From the NCBI GenBank assembly GCA_963760795.1, contig CAVXEP010000002.1, positions 64,001 through 128,000 of the forward strand: a stretch of DNA of 64,000 bases, written 5' to 3'. The notes under the pieces are model-generated. The model saw nothing but the letters and a program-made list of their open reading frames with translations. It made no database searches and was not told where the DNA came from. The position numbers and the translations under genes were made by a program. Below are positions 12,096-21,644 of this stretch, one piece after another (the first letter of the stretch is position 1; each line of letters starts with the position of its first letter). This DNA comes from an uncultured delta proteobacterium (GTDB taxonomy: Bacteria > Desulfobacterota > Binatia > UBA9968).

Positions 12096-12679
12096 CAGTC
12101 AAGTGGGAAGCTTATAGCCCATGATCCTCCTCTACCCGCCTCTATCGCAGCACGACGACGACTGCATTCGATAGCATTGCAAGAGATTATCCACGCCCGG
12201 GACTAGGATTCGGCTTGGACTATCTAGATTTGGTGATGGGCACGGCTCGCAGGGAACTGGTAGTGATCGTCACTCGCAGCACCGGATCAGCTTGTCATGT
12301 TGTTTTTCTCAGCGATGCCGTGCCCATCAAATAAGTGGAACGACTTCTTTTCGAGCAATCAACATGCCGTCCGCCTGCAACGGTTCGCTTGTCCGCGAAA
12401 TTTCCGAAAAGTCAGCGCTAGGGATCAGGTATGGACGAATGCCACGAAGCCCTAGCAGGCATCCGTGCCATATTTTTCACTTACTTCATCGGCTACTCGT
12501 GCAGTTGCCTTGTCTGCGCGTGTGGACCGATTAGCATTCGGTTGACGACGTTTCTGTCCGTTGCAAGGATTGGGACTCAATCATCCGATTCTCTTGCAGC
12601 TGAACATCGAAGAGGGTCCAAACCGCAAGCAAAGCATTGGTGAGTCATTTCACGGGCGTTCTGTGCCGCACGACCATCT

Positions 12680-12943
12680 TCAGTTACCGGCAAGCCCCAA
12701 CAATCGATCGAGTTCACCGTTGGCATCTAGCCTTCTCGCGTCATCATATCCGCCGATCCCACGGCCGTCGATAAATATCTGCGGCACCGTGCGGCGCTGG
12801 GACAGGCGTTCCATTTCGGCGCGTTTTGCTGGATCATCGGTGACATCGATTTCTTCGAACTCGATTTCCTTAGAACGCAGCAGCGCTTTCGCGCGGTTAC
12901 AGTAGGGGCACCAGTTGGTGGTGTAAATTATTACTTGCGCCAT
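12680..12943 (-). CDS. grxC: Glutaredoxin 3
   Basis: CPYC, TVPQIFI, IGGYDD. Confidence 0.93.
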   Translation of the reverse strand: MAQVIIYTTNWCPYCNRAKALLRSKEIEFEEIDVTDDPAKRAEMERLSQRRTVPQIFIDGRGIGGYDDARRLDANGELDRLLGLAGN

Positions 12944-13026
12944 GTTGTTTGTCTCCGCACCGAAACTATTCAACCATTCTAGACCTTTTGCTTGAAAGCC
13001 TCTAGCGATTTTGTAATTACTGTGGC

Positions 13027-13623
13027 GTGAAACTCGTTGGCTTAACTGGCGGCATCGCGTCGGGCAAAAGCGCTGTGGCGAAAATCTTGGCGCGGCTTGG
13101 CGCGGCGATCGTCGACGCCGACGTACTGTCACGCGAAGTGGTAGCGCCAGGTCATGACGGCTGGAAAGAGATCGTCGCGACCTTCGGCGACGAAGTTCTG
13201 CAAGCCGACCAAAACCTTGATCGGCAAAAGCTCCGCACCCTCATCTTCAACAACCCCGACGCGCGCAAACAGCTCGAAGCGATCATCCATCCGCGCGTGC
13301 GAGCCCTGGCCGAACGACGCATTCGCGAGCATGGTGAAGCCGGCTACGCCGTCGTGGTTTACGAAGTACCGCTGCTGTTCGAAGGCAATTTGCAAGAATG
13401 GCTGCGCCCGGTGATTCTGGTGGCGTGCAATGTCGATATTCAACGCCAGCGGCTGCAGCAACGCGACGGTCTCGACGCCACGGCAGCGCAGAAGCATATC
13501 GACGCACAGATGAGTCTAGAAGATAAACGAAAGTTAGCCGACTACGTCATCGAGAACGACGGCAGCTTGGTGGATCTGGAATCCCAAGTGCGTGGCGTCT
13601 TAGCGAAGATCGAAGCTACTTGA
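13027..13623 (+). CDS. coaE: Dephospho-CoA kinase
   Basis: GLTGGIASGKS, DAD, IIHPRV, EVPLLFE. Confidence 0.95.
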   Translation: MKLVGLTGGIASGKSAVAKILARLGAAIVDADVLSREVVAPGHDGWKEIVATFGDEVLQADQNLDRQKLRTLIFNNPDARKQLEAIIHPRVRALAERRIREHGEAGYAVVVYEVPLLFEGNLQEWLRPVILVACNVDIQRQRLQQRDGLDATAAQKHIDAQMSLEDKRKLADYVIENDGSLVDLESQVRGVLAKIEAT

Positions 13624-14176
13624 CCCGCTCCTGATACGATCCATCGGTAGGATCGACGCGCACCTTATCGCCGACCTGAATGAACGGCGGCACCAGCACT
13701 GTGACCCCGGTCTCCAACTTCGCATGTTTGTAGGAAGCGCTCGCGGTGGCGCCTTTCATGGACGGTTCGGTGTCGACGACCGCCAGGTCGACGGTGGACG
13801 GCGGGTTGATGCCCACCGGCTTGCTGTCGTGGAATTCGATGCCGACCATGGAGTTGGGCAACAAGTAATTCAACAGGTCGCCGATGGTGTCAGCTGTCAG
13901 CGTGATCTGTTCATAGTTCTCGGTGTCCATGAAGGTATGCATGTCGCCTTCGGCGTAGAGGTACTGGAACTGGCGGTTGTCCAAGATCGCCTGGTCGACC
14001 CGGTCTTCCGAGCGAAATTTATATTCAGTCCCAATGCCGGTGCGCAGACTCTTCATCTTGGTCTGCATGAATCCGCGTTTGTTGCCGGGAGTTAGATGAT
14101 GCACGGCGGTGACGCGATAGAGATCGCCCGCGTGAACGATAATCATGCCCGGCCGCAGTTGAGTCGCCTGAACCAT
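13616..14176 (-). CDS. efp: Elongation factor P with PGNKRG loop
   Basis: QLRPGM, QYLY, DTENYEQ, ETG..V.VPPFI, YQERV. Confidence 0.92.
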   Translation of the reverse strand: MVQATQLRPGMIIVHAGDLYRVTAVHHLTPGNKRGFMQTKMKSLRTGIGTEYKFRSEDRVDQAILDNRQFQYLYAEGDMHTFMDTENYEQITLTADTIGDLLNYLLPNSMVGIEFHDSKPVGINPPSTVDLAVVDTEPSMKGATASASYKHAKLETGVTVLVPPFIQVGDKVRVDPTDGSYQERVK

Positions 14177-14250
14177 TTCTTCAATACCTTCCTATCGAGA
14201 GTTCAAAGTTGTTAACAGTTTCTTGCCGGCGCTTCAATGCAGGCGAACCA

Positions 14251-15510
14251 CTATGCGTAGAGTCCGCGCCAGAGCATAGCTCTTGTCACCCGTTCGATGC
14301 CGATCATCAGCGCGGCCATGCGCATGTCGACCTTTTGCTTCTGGCTCATGTCCAGCACTTCATGAAAAGCTTTGACGAGAATATCGCGCAATTTCTTAGT
14401 GACTTCGTCCTCGGTCCAGAAAAAATTCTGCAAGTCCTGCACCCATTCAAAGTACGACACGACGACTCCGCCGGCGTTGGCGAGAATATCCGGAATGACG
14501 AAAATCCCCCTGTCACGCAGGATTGTGTCGGCTTCCGGCGTGGTCGGACCATTGGCGCCCTCGGCCAGCAGCCGGCACTGAATGCGCGCGGCATTGTCTT
14601 TGGTGATCTGCATCTCCATCGCCGCCGGCACCAAGATGTCGCACTGCAGTTCTAAAAGCTCCGCGTTGCTGATCTTGTCGCCGTATGGGCAATCTTCGAG
14701 ACTATGGTTCTTGCTGGCGACCTCCAGCAACTTATCCACCGGCAAACCCCTGGTATCGACAAATCCGCCGGTACGGTCGGCGATGCCGATGACTTTGACG
14801 CCAATATTGGTGAGCTCTTCAGCCGCCACCGACCCGACATTGCCGAAACCCTGCACCACCGCCGTACACTTCGCCAAATCGATATTTAAATGCCTGGCCG
14901 CCTCTATGATTGTGTACACCACGCCCCGTCCGGTCGCTTCACGCCGGCCGAGAGTGCCGCCGATAGCCACCGGCTTGCCGGTAACGATCTCCGGCACAGC
15001 ATGGCCTTTATGCTGAGAGTAGGTATCCATCATCCACGCCATAACCTGCTCGTTGGTACCCATGTCCGGCGCAGCTATGTCCACTTCCGGGCCGATGAAG
15101 TTCAAGATCTCCGCGGTGAAGCGCCGGGTCATCGACTGCAGCTCGTGGCGCGATAGTTCCGCGGGATCGCAGGCGATGCCGCCCTTGGCGCCGCCGAGGG
15201 GCAAGCCGACCAGGGAACATTTCCAGGTCATCCACATGGCGAGGGCCGAGACCTCGCCGAGATTCACCGCCGGATGGTAGCGGATGCCGCCTTTGAACGG
15301 TCCCAGCACATCGTTGTGCTGCACGCGATAGCCGGTGAAGACATGAACGCGGCCATCGTCCATGCGCGTCGGCACGCTGACGATCATCGCCCGGTCGGGC
15401 CGACACAAGCGGCTCGCCAAGTTGGGATCGACGCCGAGTTTCTTGGCGGCGACATCGAACTGTTGCACCGCCATATCGTTGGTTTCGCTGCGCCATTCTA
15501 GAGTCGCCAT
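14251..15510 (-). CDS. gdhA: Glu/Leu/Phe/Val dehydrogenase (glutamate dehydrogenase)
   Basis: GPFKGGIRYHP, GGAKGG, APDMGT, QGFGNVG, EGANGP. Confidence 0.9.
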   Translation of the reverse strand: MATLEWRSETNDMAVQQFDVAAKKLGVDPNLASRLCRPDRAMIVSVPTRMDDGRVHVFTGYRVQHNDVLGPFKGGIRYHPAVNLGEVSALAMWMTWKCSLVGLPLGGAKGGIACDPAELSRHELQSMTRRFTAEILNFIGPEVDIAAPDMGTNEQVMAWMMDTYSQHKGHAVPEIVTGKPVAIGGTLGRREATGRGVVYTIIEAARHLNIDLAKCTAVVQGFGNVGSVAAEELTNIGVKVIGIADRTGGFVDTRGLPVDKLLEVASKNHSLEDCPYGDKISNAELLELQCDILVPAAMEMQITKDNAARIQCRLLAEGANGPTTPEADTILRDRGIFVIPDILANAGGVVVSYFEWVQDLQNFFWTEDEVTKKLRDILVKAFHEVLDMSQKQKVDMRMAALMIGIERVTRAMLWRGLYA

Positions 15511-15545
15511 AGTTTCCCTAATCGTTGTTCGGTCATGCGCCGGTG

Positions 15546-15890
15546 CTAGCCCGGCGGCCAGGTCATCTGCCGGCCACCGAGTAGGTGGTAATGAAGATGA
15601 AGCACGCTTTGACCGGCATCGGCGCCGGAATTGGCCACCACGCGAAAGCCGCTCTCTGCAATGCCCTGCTCGCGCGCCAGACGGCCGGCCACCTGAAAGA
15701 TCTGGCCGATCACGGCACCATCGTTCGCGCCGATGTCAAGCACGCTAACGATATGCTTGCGCGGAATGATAAGGATGTGCACCGGCGCCTTAGGGACGAT
15801 GTCTTTGAACGCCAGCACCGCCTCATCTTGATAGACTAAATTAGCGTTGATCTTGCCGTCGGCAATGCCACAGAACAAGCAATCGCTCAT
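15546..15890 (-). CDS. hinT: Histidine triad (HIT) nucleotide-binding protein
   Basis: DCLFC, AGQSVLHLHYHLLGGR, WPPG. Confidence 0.9.
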   Translation of the reverse strand: MSDCLFCGIADGKINANLVYQDEAVLAFKDIVPKAPVHILIIPRKHIVSVLDIGANDGAVIGQIFQVAGRLAREQGIAESGFRVVANSGADAGQSVLHLHYHLLGGRQMTWPPG

Positions 15891-15931
15891 CAGGAACTCC
15901 TTTAACCTATTTCAATTGCAAAAGCGGCTAT

Positions 15932-16303
15932 TTATTCGTCGGCCGCGCCGGGCAACTTCGCGTAGATTTGCCCCTCGCAGATTTCGATCGGCAGGCTTTG
16001 CAGCGACAATCCAACGCAGGGACCCCAGATGCATTCGCCGGTGGGCGGCTGAAAAACCGCGCCATGGGTGGCGCACATTAGATAACGGTTGTCCGAGCTA
16101 AAAAATTGATTGTTGACCCAGTCAAGGGTGATGCCGGTGTGCGGGCAGCGGTTGACATAGGCGAAGTGGGCGCCGTCGAAGTTGACCAGCAGCGCTTCGA
16201 ACTCGCGCCCAGCGCGCTTCATGGTGAACTTCTTGCTGTTACCATGCTCCAGTTCGCCCACCGATCCGACCAGTTTACCCGCCGGTTGTTTCTGTCCAGC
16301 CAT
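15932..16303 (-). CDS. Rieske [2Fe-2S] ferredoxin
   Basis: NRCPH...CATHGA, CIWGPC. Confidence 0.88.
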   Translation of the reverse strand: MAGQKQPAGKLVGSVGELEHGNSKKFTMKRAGREFEALLVNFDGAHFAYVNRCPHTGITLDWVNNQFFSSDNRYLMCATHGAVFQPPTGECIWGPCVGLSLQSLPIEICEGQIYAKLPGAADE

Positions 16304-16318
16304 TGCTGATCTCCTATC

Positions 16319-16798
16319 CTATTCTCCCATCGGCCTCAAATCGCCTTCGGGACAGCCCACCAACACTTCGCCGCGATCCACTTGCACCGGCAAGCGATAG
16401 AGCGACTCGCCCTTGCAGGGACCCGAGACACAGACGCCGCTGGCGAACTCATAGAGCGCGCCATGAGTGTAGCATTGCAAAAAGCGGCCGTCGTCGCTGA
16501 AAAACTCGTCGCGGACGAAATCCAATGGCGTCGGCATATGGCGGCAACGGTTGACGTAGGCGTAGTAGTTGCCGCGATCGTTGATGAGAATCGCGTCGAG
16601 CCGGTACTTCTGGCAGATCAGCCAGAATTTTTTGACCGCACCCGGCTGCACCTCGTCGACCCGCGCAACCACCCGGCCGCCACTGCGGCTCTCCGCCGCC
16701 ATGCGATTGCGGTCGCGGACAAAAATCCAGCGCCGGATCGCCAACCCAGCTAAATAGACCACGAGAAAAACCAGCGACAGATAAATCGTTAGGGCCAT
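16319..16798 (-). CDS. Rieske [2Fe-2S] ferredoxin with N-terminal TM anchor
   Basis: Hydrophobic N-terminus; NRCRH...CYTHGA, CVSGPC. Confidence 0.85.
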   Translation of the reverse strand: MALTIYLSLVFLVVYLAGLAIRRWIFVRDRNRMAAESRSGGRVVARVDEVQPGAVKKFWLICQKYRLDAILINDRGNYYAYVNRCRHMPTPLDFVRDEFFSDDGRFLQCYTHGALYEFASGVCVSGPCKGESLYRLPVQVDRGEVLVGCPEGDLRPMGE

Positions 16799-16818
16799 TG
16801 GCGAGATTACCCCAAGGA

Positions 16819-17142
16819 CTAGTCGGACTCTTTGTTGACGCTTTTGCGAATCCGCTTGACCTCCGGCGCGGTCTGGCGCCCGGCGATACCCATGACTTTC
16901 ATCAACTCGCTGGTCATCTCAGCGGTCACCTGATCCCGCACGCTGCCCTTGCCGTCGGGATCGGCATCGAGAAATTTGACAATCTTCTCCTTGTCAATGC
17001 CGGTCTCAGCCAAGCCGTCGAGAAATTGGCCGAAGCCCACATTGCCGCGCAGTTCGTCGACACGGGCGAGCAGCTTTTTGCACTCGCCACAGATTCTCCC
17101 AAACAATCCGGCACTCTCGCCGCAATAGACACATTGACGCAT
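16819..17142 (-). CDS. Hypothetical protein with N-terminal CxxC...CxxC zinc ribbon
   Basis: MRQCVYCGESAGLFGRICGEC; sits within a co-oriented operon. Confidence 0.65.
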   Translation of the reverse strand: MRQCVYCGESAGLFGRICGECKKLLARVDELRGNVGFGQFLDGLAETGIDKEKIVKFLDADPDGKGSVRDQVTAEMTSELMKVMGIAGRQTAPEVKRIRKSVNKESD

Positions 17143-17168
17143 AGCAATTATTTCTTTCGCGAATAAAG

Positions 17169-17972
17169 CTATTTTTTGCCATTCATCGCCGTGGCCCATA
17201 GGCCCTGCAACCCGGGTGTAAGCGCCGCGCCGGCGGCCACTACGCCACGATGTTTGGCCGGCAGGCGATTGAAACGCATCGCATGGCCATCGCCGTCGAC
17301 CACCTCGCCGCCCGCCGCTTCGACCATCAAAACGCCGGCGCAGATATCCCACTCGTGGATCGTACGGAAGGTCAGCGTGCCATCGCCGTCGCCGCCGGCC
17401 ACTTTAGCCAAGCGGTATGCGATGCTGCCCACCGGCTCGATGGCGCAGCGATCGACGAACACTTGAAATCTTTTCGCCGGCTCGGAACGGCTCACCAAAA
17501 GCCGCGCGCCGTCGATGGCCGTACGCTCGCTGGCGTGGATGGCATTATCGTTCAAGTACGCACCATGGCCAGCCGCGCCTTTGAAAAACTCCTCTTGCGC
17601 CGGGTTGTACACCACCGCCGCCTGCACCACACCGTCGACGACGAAACCGATGGAGATCGCGAATTGGGGCACCCCTTCGATAAACTCCTTGGTGCCATCG
17701 ATGGGATCGACGACCCAGACCCGCGATAGCGTCAAACGGCGCTCGCTATCGGCATCTTCCTCAGACAGCCAGCCGTCATTGGGAAAGGTCTTGGCGATAC
17801 GCTCGTGGATGATCCGGTTAGCTTCGAGGTCCGCCGTGGTCACCGGATTGTTTTTACTTTTTTCATGGACATCGTACTTGCCGCGAAACAGCGCCATGAT
17901 CGCGGCGCCGGCATCCCGCGCCGCTTGCTCAGCGGTGCCGAGCTCTTGGCTAAATTGAAAATCTGTCGTCAC
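17169..17972 (-). CDS. Inositol monophosphatase / CysQ family phosphatase
   Basis: PVTTAD, SEE, WVVDPIDGTKEF, EWDICAG. Confidence 0.88.
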   Translation of the reverse strand: MTTDFQFSQELGTAEQAARDAGAAIMALFRGKYDVHEKSKNNPVTTADLEANRIIHERIAKTFPNDGWLSEEDADSERRLTLSRVWVVDPIDGTKEFIEGVPQFAISIGFVVDGVVQAAVVYNPAQEEFFKGAAGHGAYLNDNAIHASERTAIDGARLLVSRSEPAKRFQVFVDRCAIEPVGSIAYRLAKVAGGDGDGTLTFRTIHEWDICAGVLMVEAAGGEVVDGDGHAMRFNRLPAKHRGVVAAGAALTPGLQGLWATAMNGKK

Positions 17973-18048
17973 AGGTATCCTTTCAACGAAAGCAAACGGA
18001 GTAATTAAACACTACAACTTGCACGTCGGCAAATGGGCCGACAACCAA

Positions 18049-18639
18049 TTAGAAACCGAGCTCTTCAATGCCGCCGATCGCCCGCGCCCCGGCATGGTGC
18101 ATTTCTTCCAGCGCCCGCGTCGAATCGCCGGGGGCCAGATCCACACCGCGAATCGCGTCCATCAGCAGCACCACAGCGAATCCATGCTTGACGCCGTCGA
18201 GCACCGTCTGTTTGACACAGTAATCGGTCGCCAAGCCGCCGACGAAAATTTGCTCGACGCCGCGCTCGCGCAACAGCACAGCCAAGGCGGTACCATGGGC
18301 ATCGAACGCGTCGAAGCCCGAGTAACTATCGACATCAGCCGCCGTCCCCTTAGAAACGACAATCGCGCTGGCGCCAAGCTGGAGTGACGGATGGAACTCA
18401 GCGCCGGGTGTATTCTGCACGCAATGCACCGGCCAGATGCCGCCGAAGTCTTTGAAATGGCTCGTCTGCGCCGGATGCCAGTCGCGAGTGGCGAAAATCG
18501 GCGCTCCGGCCGCAGCAAAACGCGAGACGTAACGATTGATCGCCAAAGCGGCCCGATCGCCTTCCGCCACGGCGAGCGACCCACCCGGACAAAAATCGTT
18601 CTGCACGTCGACAATGACTAAAGCGGCCTTTTTCTCCAT
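18049..18639 (-). CDS. pncA: Nicotinamidase/pyrazinamidase
   Basis: VDVQNDFCPGGSLAV, DWHP, WPVHC, GLATDYCV. Confidence 0.92.
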   Translation of the reverse strand: MEKKAALVIVDVQNDFCPGGSLAVAEGDRAALAINRYVSRFAAAGAPIFATRDWHPAQTSHFKDFGGIWPVHCVQNTPGAEFHPSLQLGASAIVVSKGTAADVDSYSGFDAFDAHGTALAVLLRERGVEQIFVGGLATDYCVKQTVLDGVKHGFAVVLLMDAIRGVDLAPGDSTRALEEMHHAGARAIGGIEELGF

Positions 18640-18732
18640 CGATTTCGATTATAAAGGATGGTACGGTCCATGCAATCGAGCGTGTCACTGAATGCCGCGT
18701 CGTACGCCTTGCCCGGCAGCAACCGCACGACA

Positions 18733-18777
18733 ATTTGCAATCTGCAATCCGCCATTTGAAATTTGCAATATGCCATC
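18733..18777. repeat. Degenerate 7-bp tandem repeat (ATYTGCA-like)
   Basis: aatttgcaatctgcaatccgccatttgaaatttgcaatatgccatctg. Confidence 0.45.
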
Positions 18778-19492
18778 TGAGACTCCGAGCAATGCGAGGA
18801 CCAAAGCGGTTTTCTTCGATGCCGCTGGCACACTGATCAAGCCGGCGCGCCGAGTCGGCGAAAGCTATGCCGCGATCGCCGCCAAGTACGGCAAGGAGGT
18901 GACGCCGGCGGAACTGTTCGAGCGCTTTCGCATTTGCTTCGACGGCGCGCCGCCACTCGCCTTCCCCGGCGCCGCCACAGCAGAGATCGAGGCGCTTGAA
19001 CGCCAATGGTGGAAGCGGCTAGTAGCGCAAGTCTTCGAGCCCTGGGGTGACTTCGCGAAATTCGACCCCTACTTCGACGAACTGTTCGCCTACTTCGCCC
19101 GTGCCGACGCCTGGCTGCTTTATCCGGAAGTCGTCGAGACTCTGGCGGCGCTCAAACAGCGCGGCTTGATCCTCGCGGTGATTTCCAACTTCGATTCACG
19201 TCTGGTGCGGATACTCGACGGGCTCAATGTCGGCGCGAGCTTCGAACATATCTTTGTCTCCAGCGCGGTCGGCTATGCCAAGCCGCAAGCAAGAATCTTC
19301 GATATCGCTTTGACGAGATTTGGTTTGACCCCTGGGCAAGCGCTCCATATCGGCGACAGCGAGTCCAACGATCTACAAGGGGCGCAAAACGCCGGCGTAC
19401 GCGTGCTTTTAGTCGACCGTGACCGCGCCGCCGGTGCTGTGCCGCCGGATCGCGTCCATAGCCTGCGGCAGATTCTCGACCATCTCGATTAA
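18770..19492 (+). CDS. HAD-superfamily hydrolase (REG-2-like)
   Basis: FFDAAGTL, ISNFD, KP, HIGDSESND. Confidence 0.88.
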   Translation: MPSETPSNARTKAVFFDAAGTLIKPARRVGESYAAIAAKYGKEVTPAELFERFRICFDGAPPLAFPGAATAEIEALERQWWKRLVAQVFEPWGDFAKFDPYFDELFAYFARADAWLLYPEVVETLAALKQRGLILAVISNFDSRLVRILDGLNVGASFEHIFVSSAVGYAKPQARIFDIALTRFGLTPGQALHIGDSESNDLQGAQNAGVRVLLVDRDRAAGAVPPDRVHSLRQILDHLD

Positions 19493-19567
19493 CACCCAGG
19501 CACCGAGGGTAGCTTGACTCCACGCCGTAGCTAAGCTACACGGCAACTACTTTCGAGGAACCGAATC

Positions 19568-20281
19568 ATGGTAACTTCCACTTGGCAACAGACTGAATCC
19601 GACAACAACCCGATGCCGCTCTACGTGAGCGTACCCGACGGCACCGGACCCTTTCCCGCCCTGGTCGTTGTGCAACATCAGACCGGCGTCGATGAATTCA
19701 TTCAGGGAATGGCGCAAAGACTCGCCGGCGCCGGTTACGTCGCCGCGGTGCCGAGCCTATACCATCGCGATGGTCCGGACTGCCAAGACGACCCACGTAG
19801 CCGGAGCCAGCGGCTGGGCGACCGGCGCGTAATAAACGATGTCGAGGCCACGGTCAGCTACCTTCAACGCGACAACGCCGTCGATGGCAAACGCATCGGC
19901 GTCATCGGCTTCTGCATGGGCGGCCGGGTCGCCTATCTGCTGGCGGCAACCAACCCGGCCTTCAAAGCGGCTGTAACCTTTTATCCCGGCAACACCGGCC
20001 GTGCCTGGGGCCGAGACATTCCGACCCCCTTCGAACGCAGCGCGGAAATCCATTGCCCGATCCAAGGCCACTTCGGCGATGACGACAAAAACCCCTCGCC
20101 GGAAGACCGCCGGAATCTCGCCGCCGAGCTGGCCAAGCATAACAAGACCCATGAGTTCTACGCCTACGCCGGCGCCGGCCATGCTTTCATGGACAACACG
20201 AAAGAGAGTTTTCGCGCCGACGCTGAAGCCGCCGCCTGGCCGCGCGCGCTGGAGTTTTTGCGCCGCCATCTGGGCGGGTGA
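19568..20281 (+). CDS. Dienelactone hydrolase family protein
   Basis: GFCMGG nucleophile motif, AGHAF. Confidence 0.9.
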   Translation: MVTSTWQQTESDNNPMPLYVSVPDGTGPFPALVVVQHQTGVDEFIQGMAQRLAGAGYVAAVPSLYHRDGPDCQDDPRSRSQRLGDRRVINDVEATVSYLQRDNAVDGKRIGVIGFCMGGRVAYLLAATNPAFKAAVTFYPGNTGRAWGRDIPTPFERSAEIHCPIQGHFGDDDKNPSPEDRRNLAAELAKHNKTHEFYAYAGAGHAFMDNTKESFRADAEAAAWPRALEFLRRHLGG

Positions 20282-20341
20282 GGGGAATCTGAACACAGTT
20301 TGCCAATGTGAAGACTGTTGGAGCACGAAGCACAGTCCAAC

Positions 20342-21004
20342 ATGAAGTCAAAAAACGCGGAAAAGAAAGACGCCGTCGCCGCAGCGATCGTGGAAGAGCG
20401 CCTAAGGCTATCCCGCGAGCTCCACGACCGCGCCTTACAGCTCCTCACCAGTGCCCGTTTGCGCCTGGAGAACTGTCACCACTATCAGCACAACGATGCG
20501 ACCGCTCTGGAAAAAGAACTCATTGGCATCGAAGACAACCTCGATCACGCTATTACTGAAATCCGCAATATTCTTGCCGAGAACCAAATCGCGGAACAAC
20601 TGCAGGCGGGCTCGTTGGAGCGCCGGCTCAAGGAAGAACTCAGTATATTTAGCGCCCGTAGCGGCTTTCAAATCGACCTTCATTGCGCTGTCGATACCCT
20701 TGACCTGCCGATCGCCATCGAAAAAGAACTCTATTTCACCCTGCGCGAGGGCGTGCTCAATGCCGTACGCCACGCGCGCGCGTCGGAGATCCATTTATCC
20801 CTGGCGCGTAGTCAGTCCGCCTATCGCGCTACTCTGAGCGACAACGGCGTCGGCTTCGTCGCCGCCGCTACCGAAGGCAGTAACCACTACGGACTCAAGG
20901 GAATGAAAGAACGGATTGAAAAGCTTGGCGGCACCCTCGATCTCCAAACCGCCCCGGGCAAAGGGACGCGCATCGAGATCGAGATTCCCTATTCCGGCGA
21001 TTAG
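20342..21004 (+). CDS. NarX/HisKA_3-type histidine kinase with no input domain
   Basis: ERLRLSRELHD H-box, EGVLNAVRHA N-box, DNGVGF, GLKGMKER, GKGT. Confidence 0.85.
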   Translation: MKSKNAEKKDAVAAAIVEERLRLSRELHDRALQLLTSARLRLENCHHYQHNDATALEKELIGIEDNLDHAITEIRNILAENQIAEQLQAGSLERRLKEELSIFSARSGFQIDLHCAVDTLDLPIAIEKELYFTLREGVLNAVRHARASEIHLSLARSQSAYRATLSDNGVGFVAAATEGSNHYGLKGMKERIEKLGGTLDLQTAPGKGTRIEIEIPYSGD

Positions 21005-21024
21005 AACATAGCACGCCGCCGGGC

Positions 21025-21531
21025 CTAACCCTGGCGCGCCGCGAGCTGTTTAAGTTTCTCTCCGGTGACGCGAAACACCGTCCACTCGTTCATCGGCATT
21101 GCGCCGAGCTTTTGGTAAAAATTCACCGCCGGTTCGTTCCAGTCCAACACCGACCACTCGAGCCGGCCGCAATCGCGCGCCACCGCCAGCTTGGCGATGT
21201 GAGCCAGCAACGCACCGCCGAAACCGCGCCGCCGATAGGATTCCTCGACAAACAGATCCTCGATGTAAATCCCCGGCCGACCGACAAACGTCGAGAAATT
21301 GTGAAAGAACAGGACGAACCCAACCGGCTCGTTATTATAATAACCGATCGCCACTTCCGCAGTGCGCCGCCGGCCGAACAGGGTGCGCCGCAACAGCTCG
21401 TCGGTCGCCACCACCTCGTGGGATAAGCGCTCGTAGTCCGCAAGTTTAGTGATAAACGAAAGGATCACCGGCACATCCTTCTTGGTAGCCGCCTTGATGG
21501 CAAAATCCGCAATGCCCGTCGAAGTGGTCAT
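21025..21531 (-). CDS. GNAT N-acetyltransferase (diamine acetyltransferase-like)
   Basis: LADYE, NFSTF.GRPGIYIEDLFV..YRRRGFG, EWSVLDWNEPA. Confidence 0.9.
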   Translation of the reverse strand: MTTSTGIADFAIKAATKKDVPVILSFITKLADYERLSHEVVATDELLRRTLFGRRRTAEVAIGYYNNEPVGFVLFFHNFSTFVGRPGIYIEDLFVEESYRRRGFGGALLAHIAKLAVARDCGRLEWSVLDWNEPAVNFYQKLGAMPMNEWTVFRVTGEKLKQLAARQG

Positions 21532-21613
21532 GGCTTGGTCCTCAAAGATAATATCCGTTCTGACTTCGAGATTCACCAAGGACGCCAAGGGTTCGGACAA
21601 ATGATTCTCCGAA

Positions 21614-21632
21614 CTTCGTGCCTTCGTGGTGA
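21614..21632. repeat. Half copy of repeat family B (CTTCGTGCCTTCGTGGTGA)
   Basis: Matches the 3' arm of 25908-25985. Confidence 0.6.
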
Positions 21633-21644
21633 AACTTTTCTTGA

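Noticed and set aside
11851-12905. Short plus-strand ORFs after tRNA-Cys as genes
   Set aside because: No motifs and atypical composition; better explained as island debris
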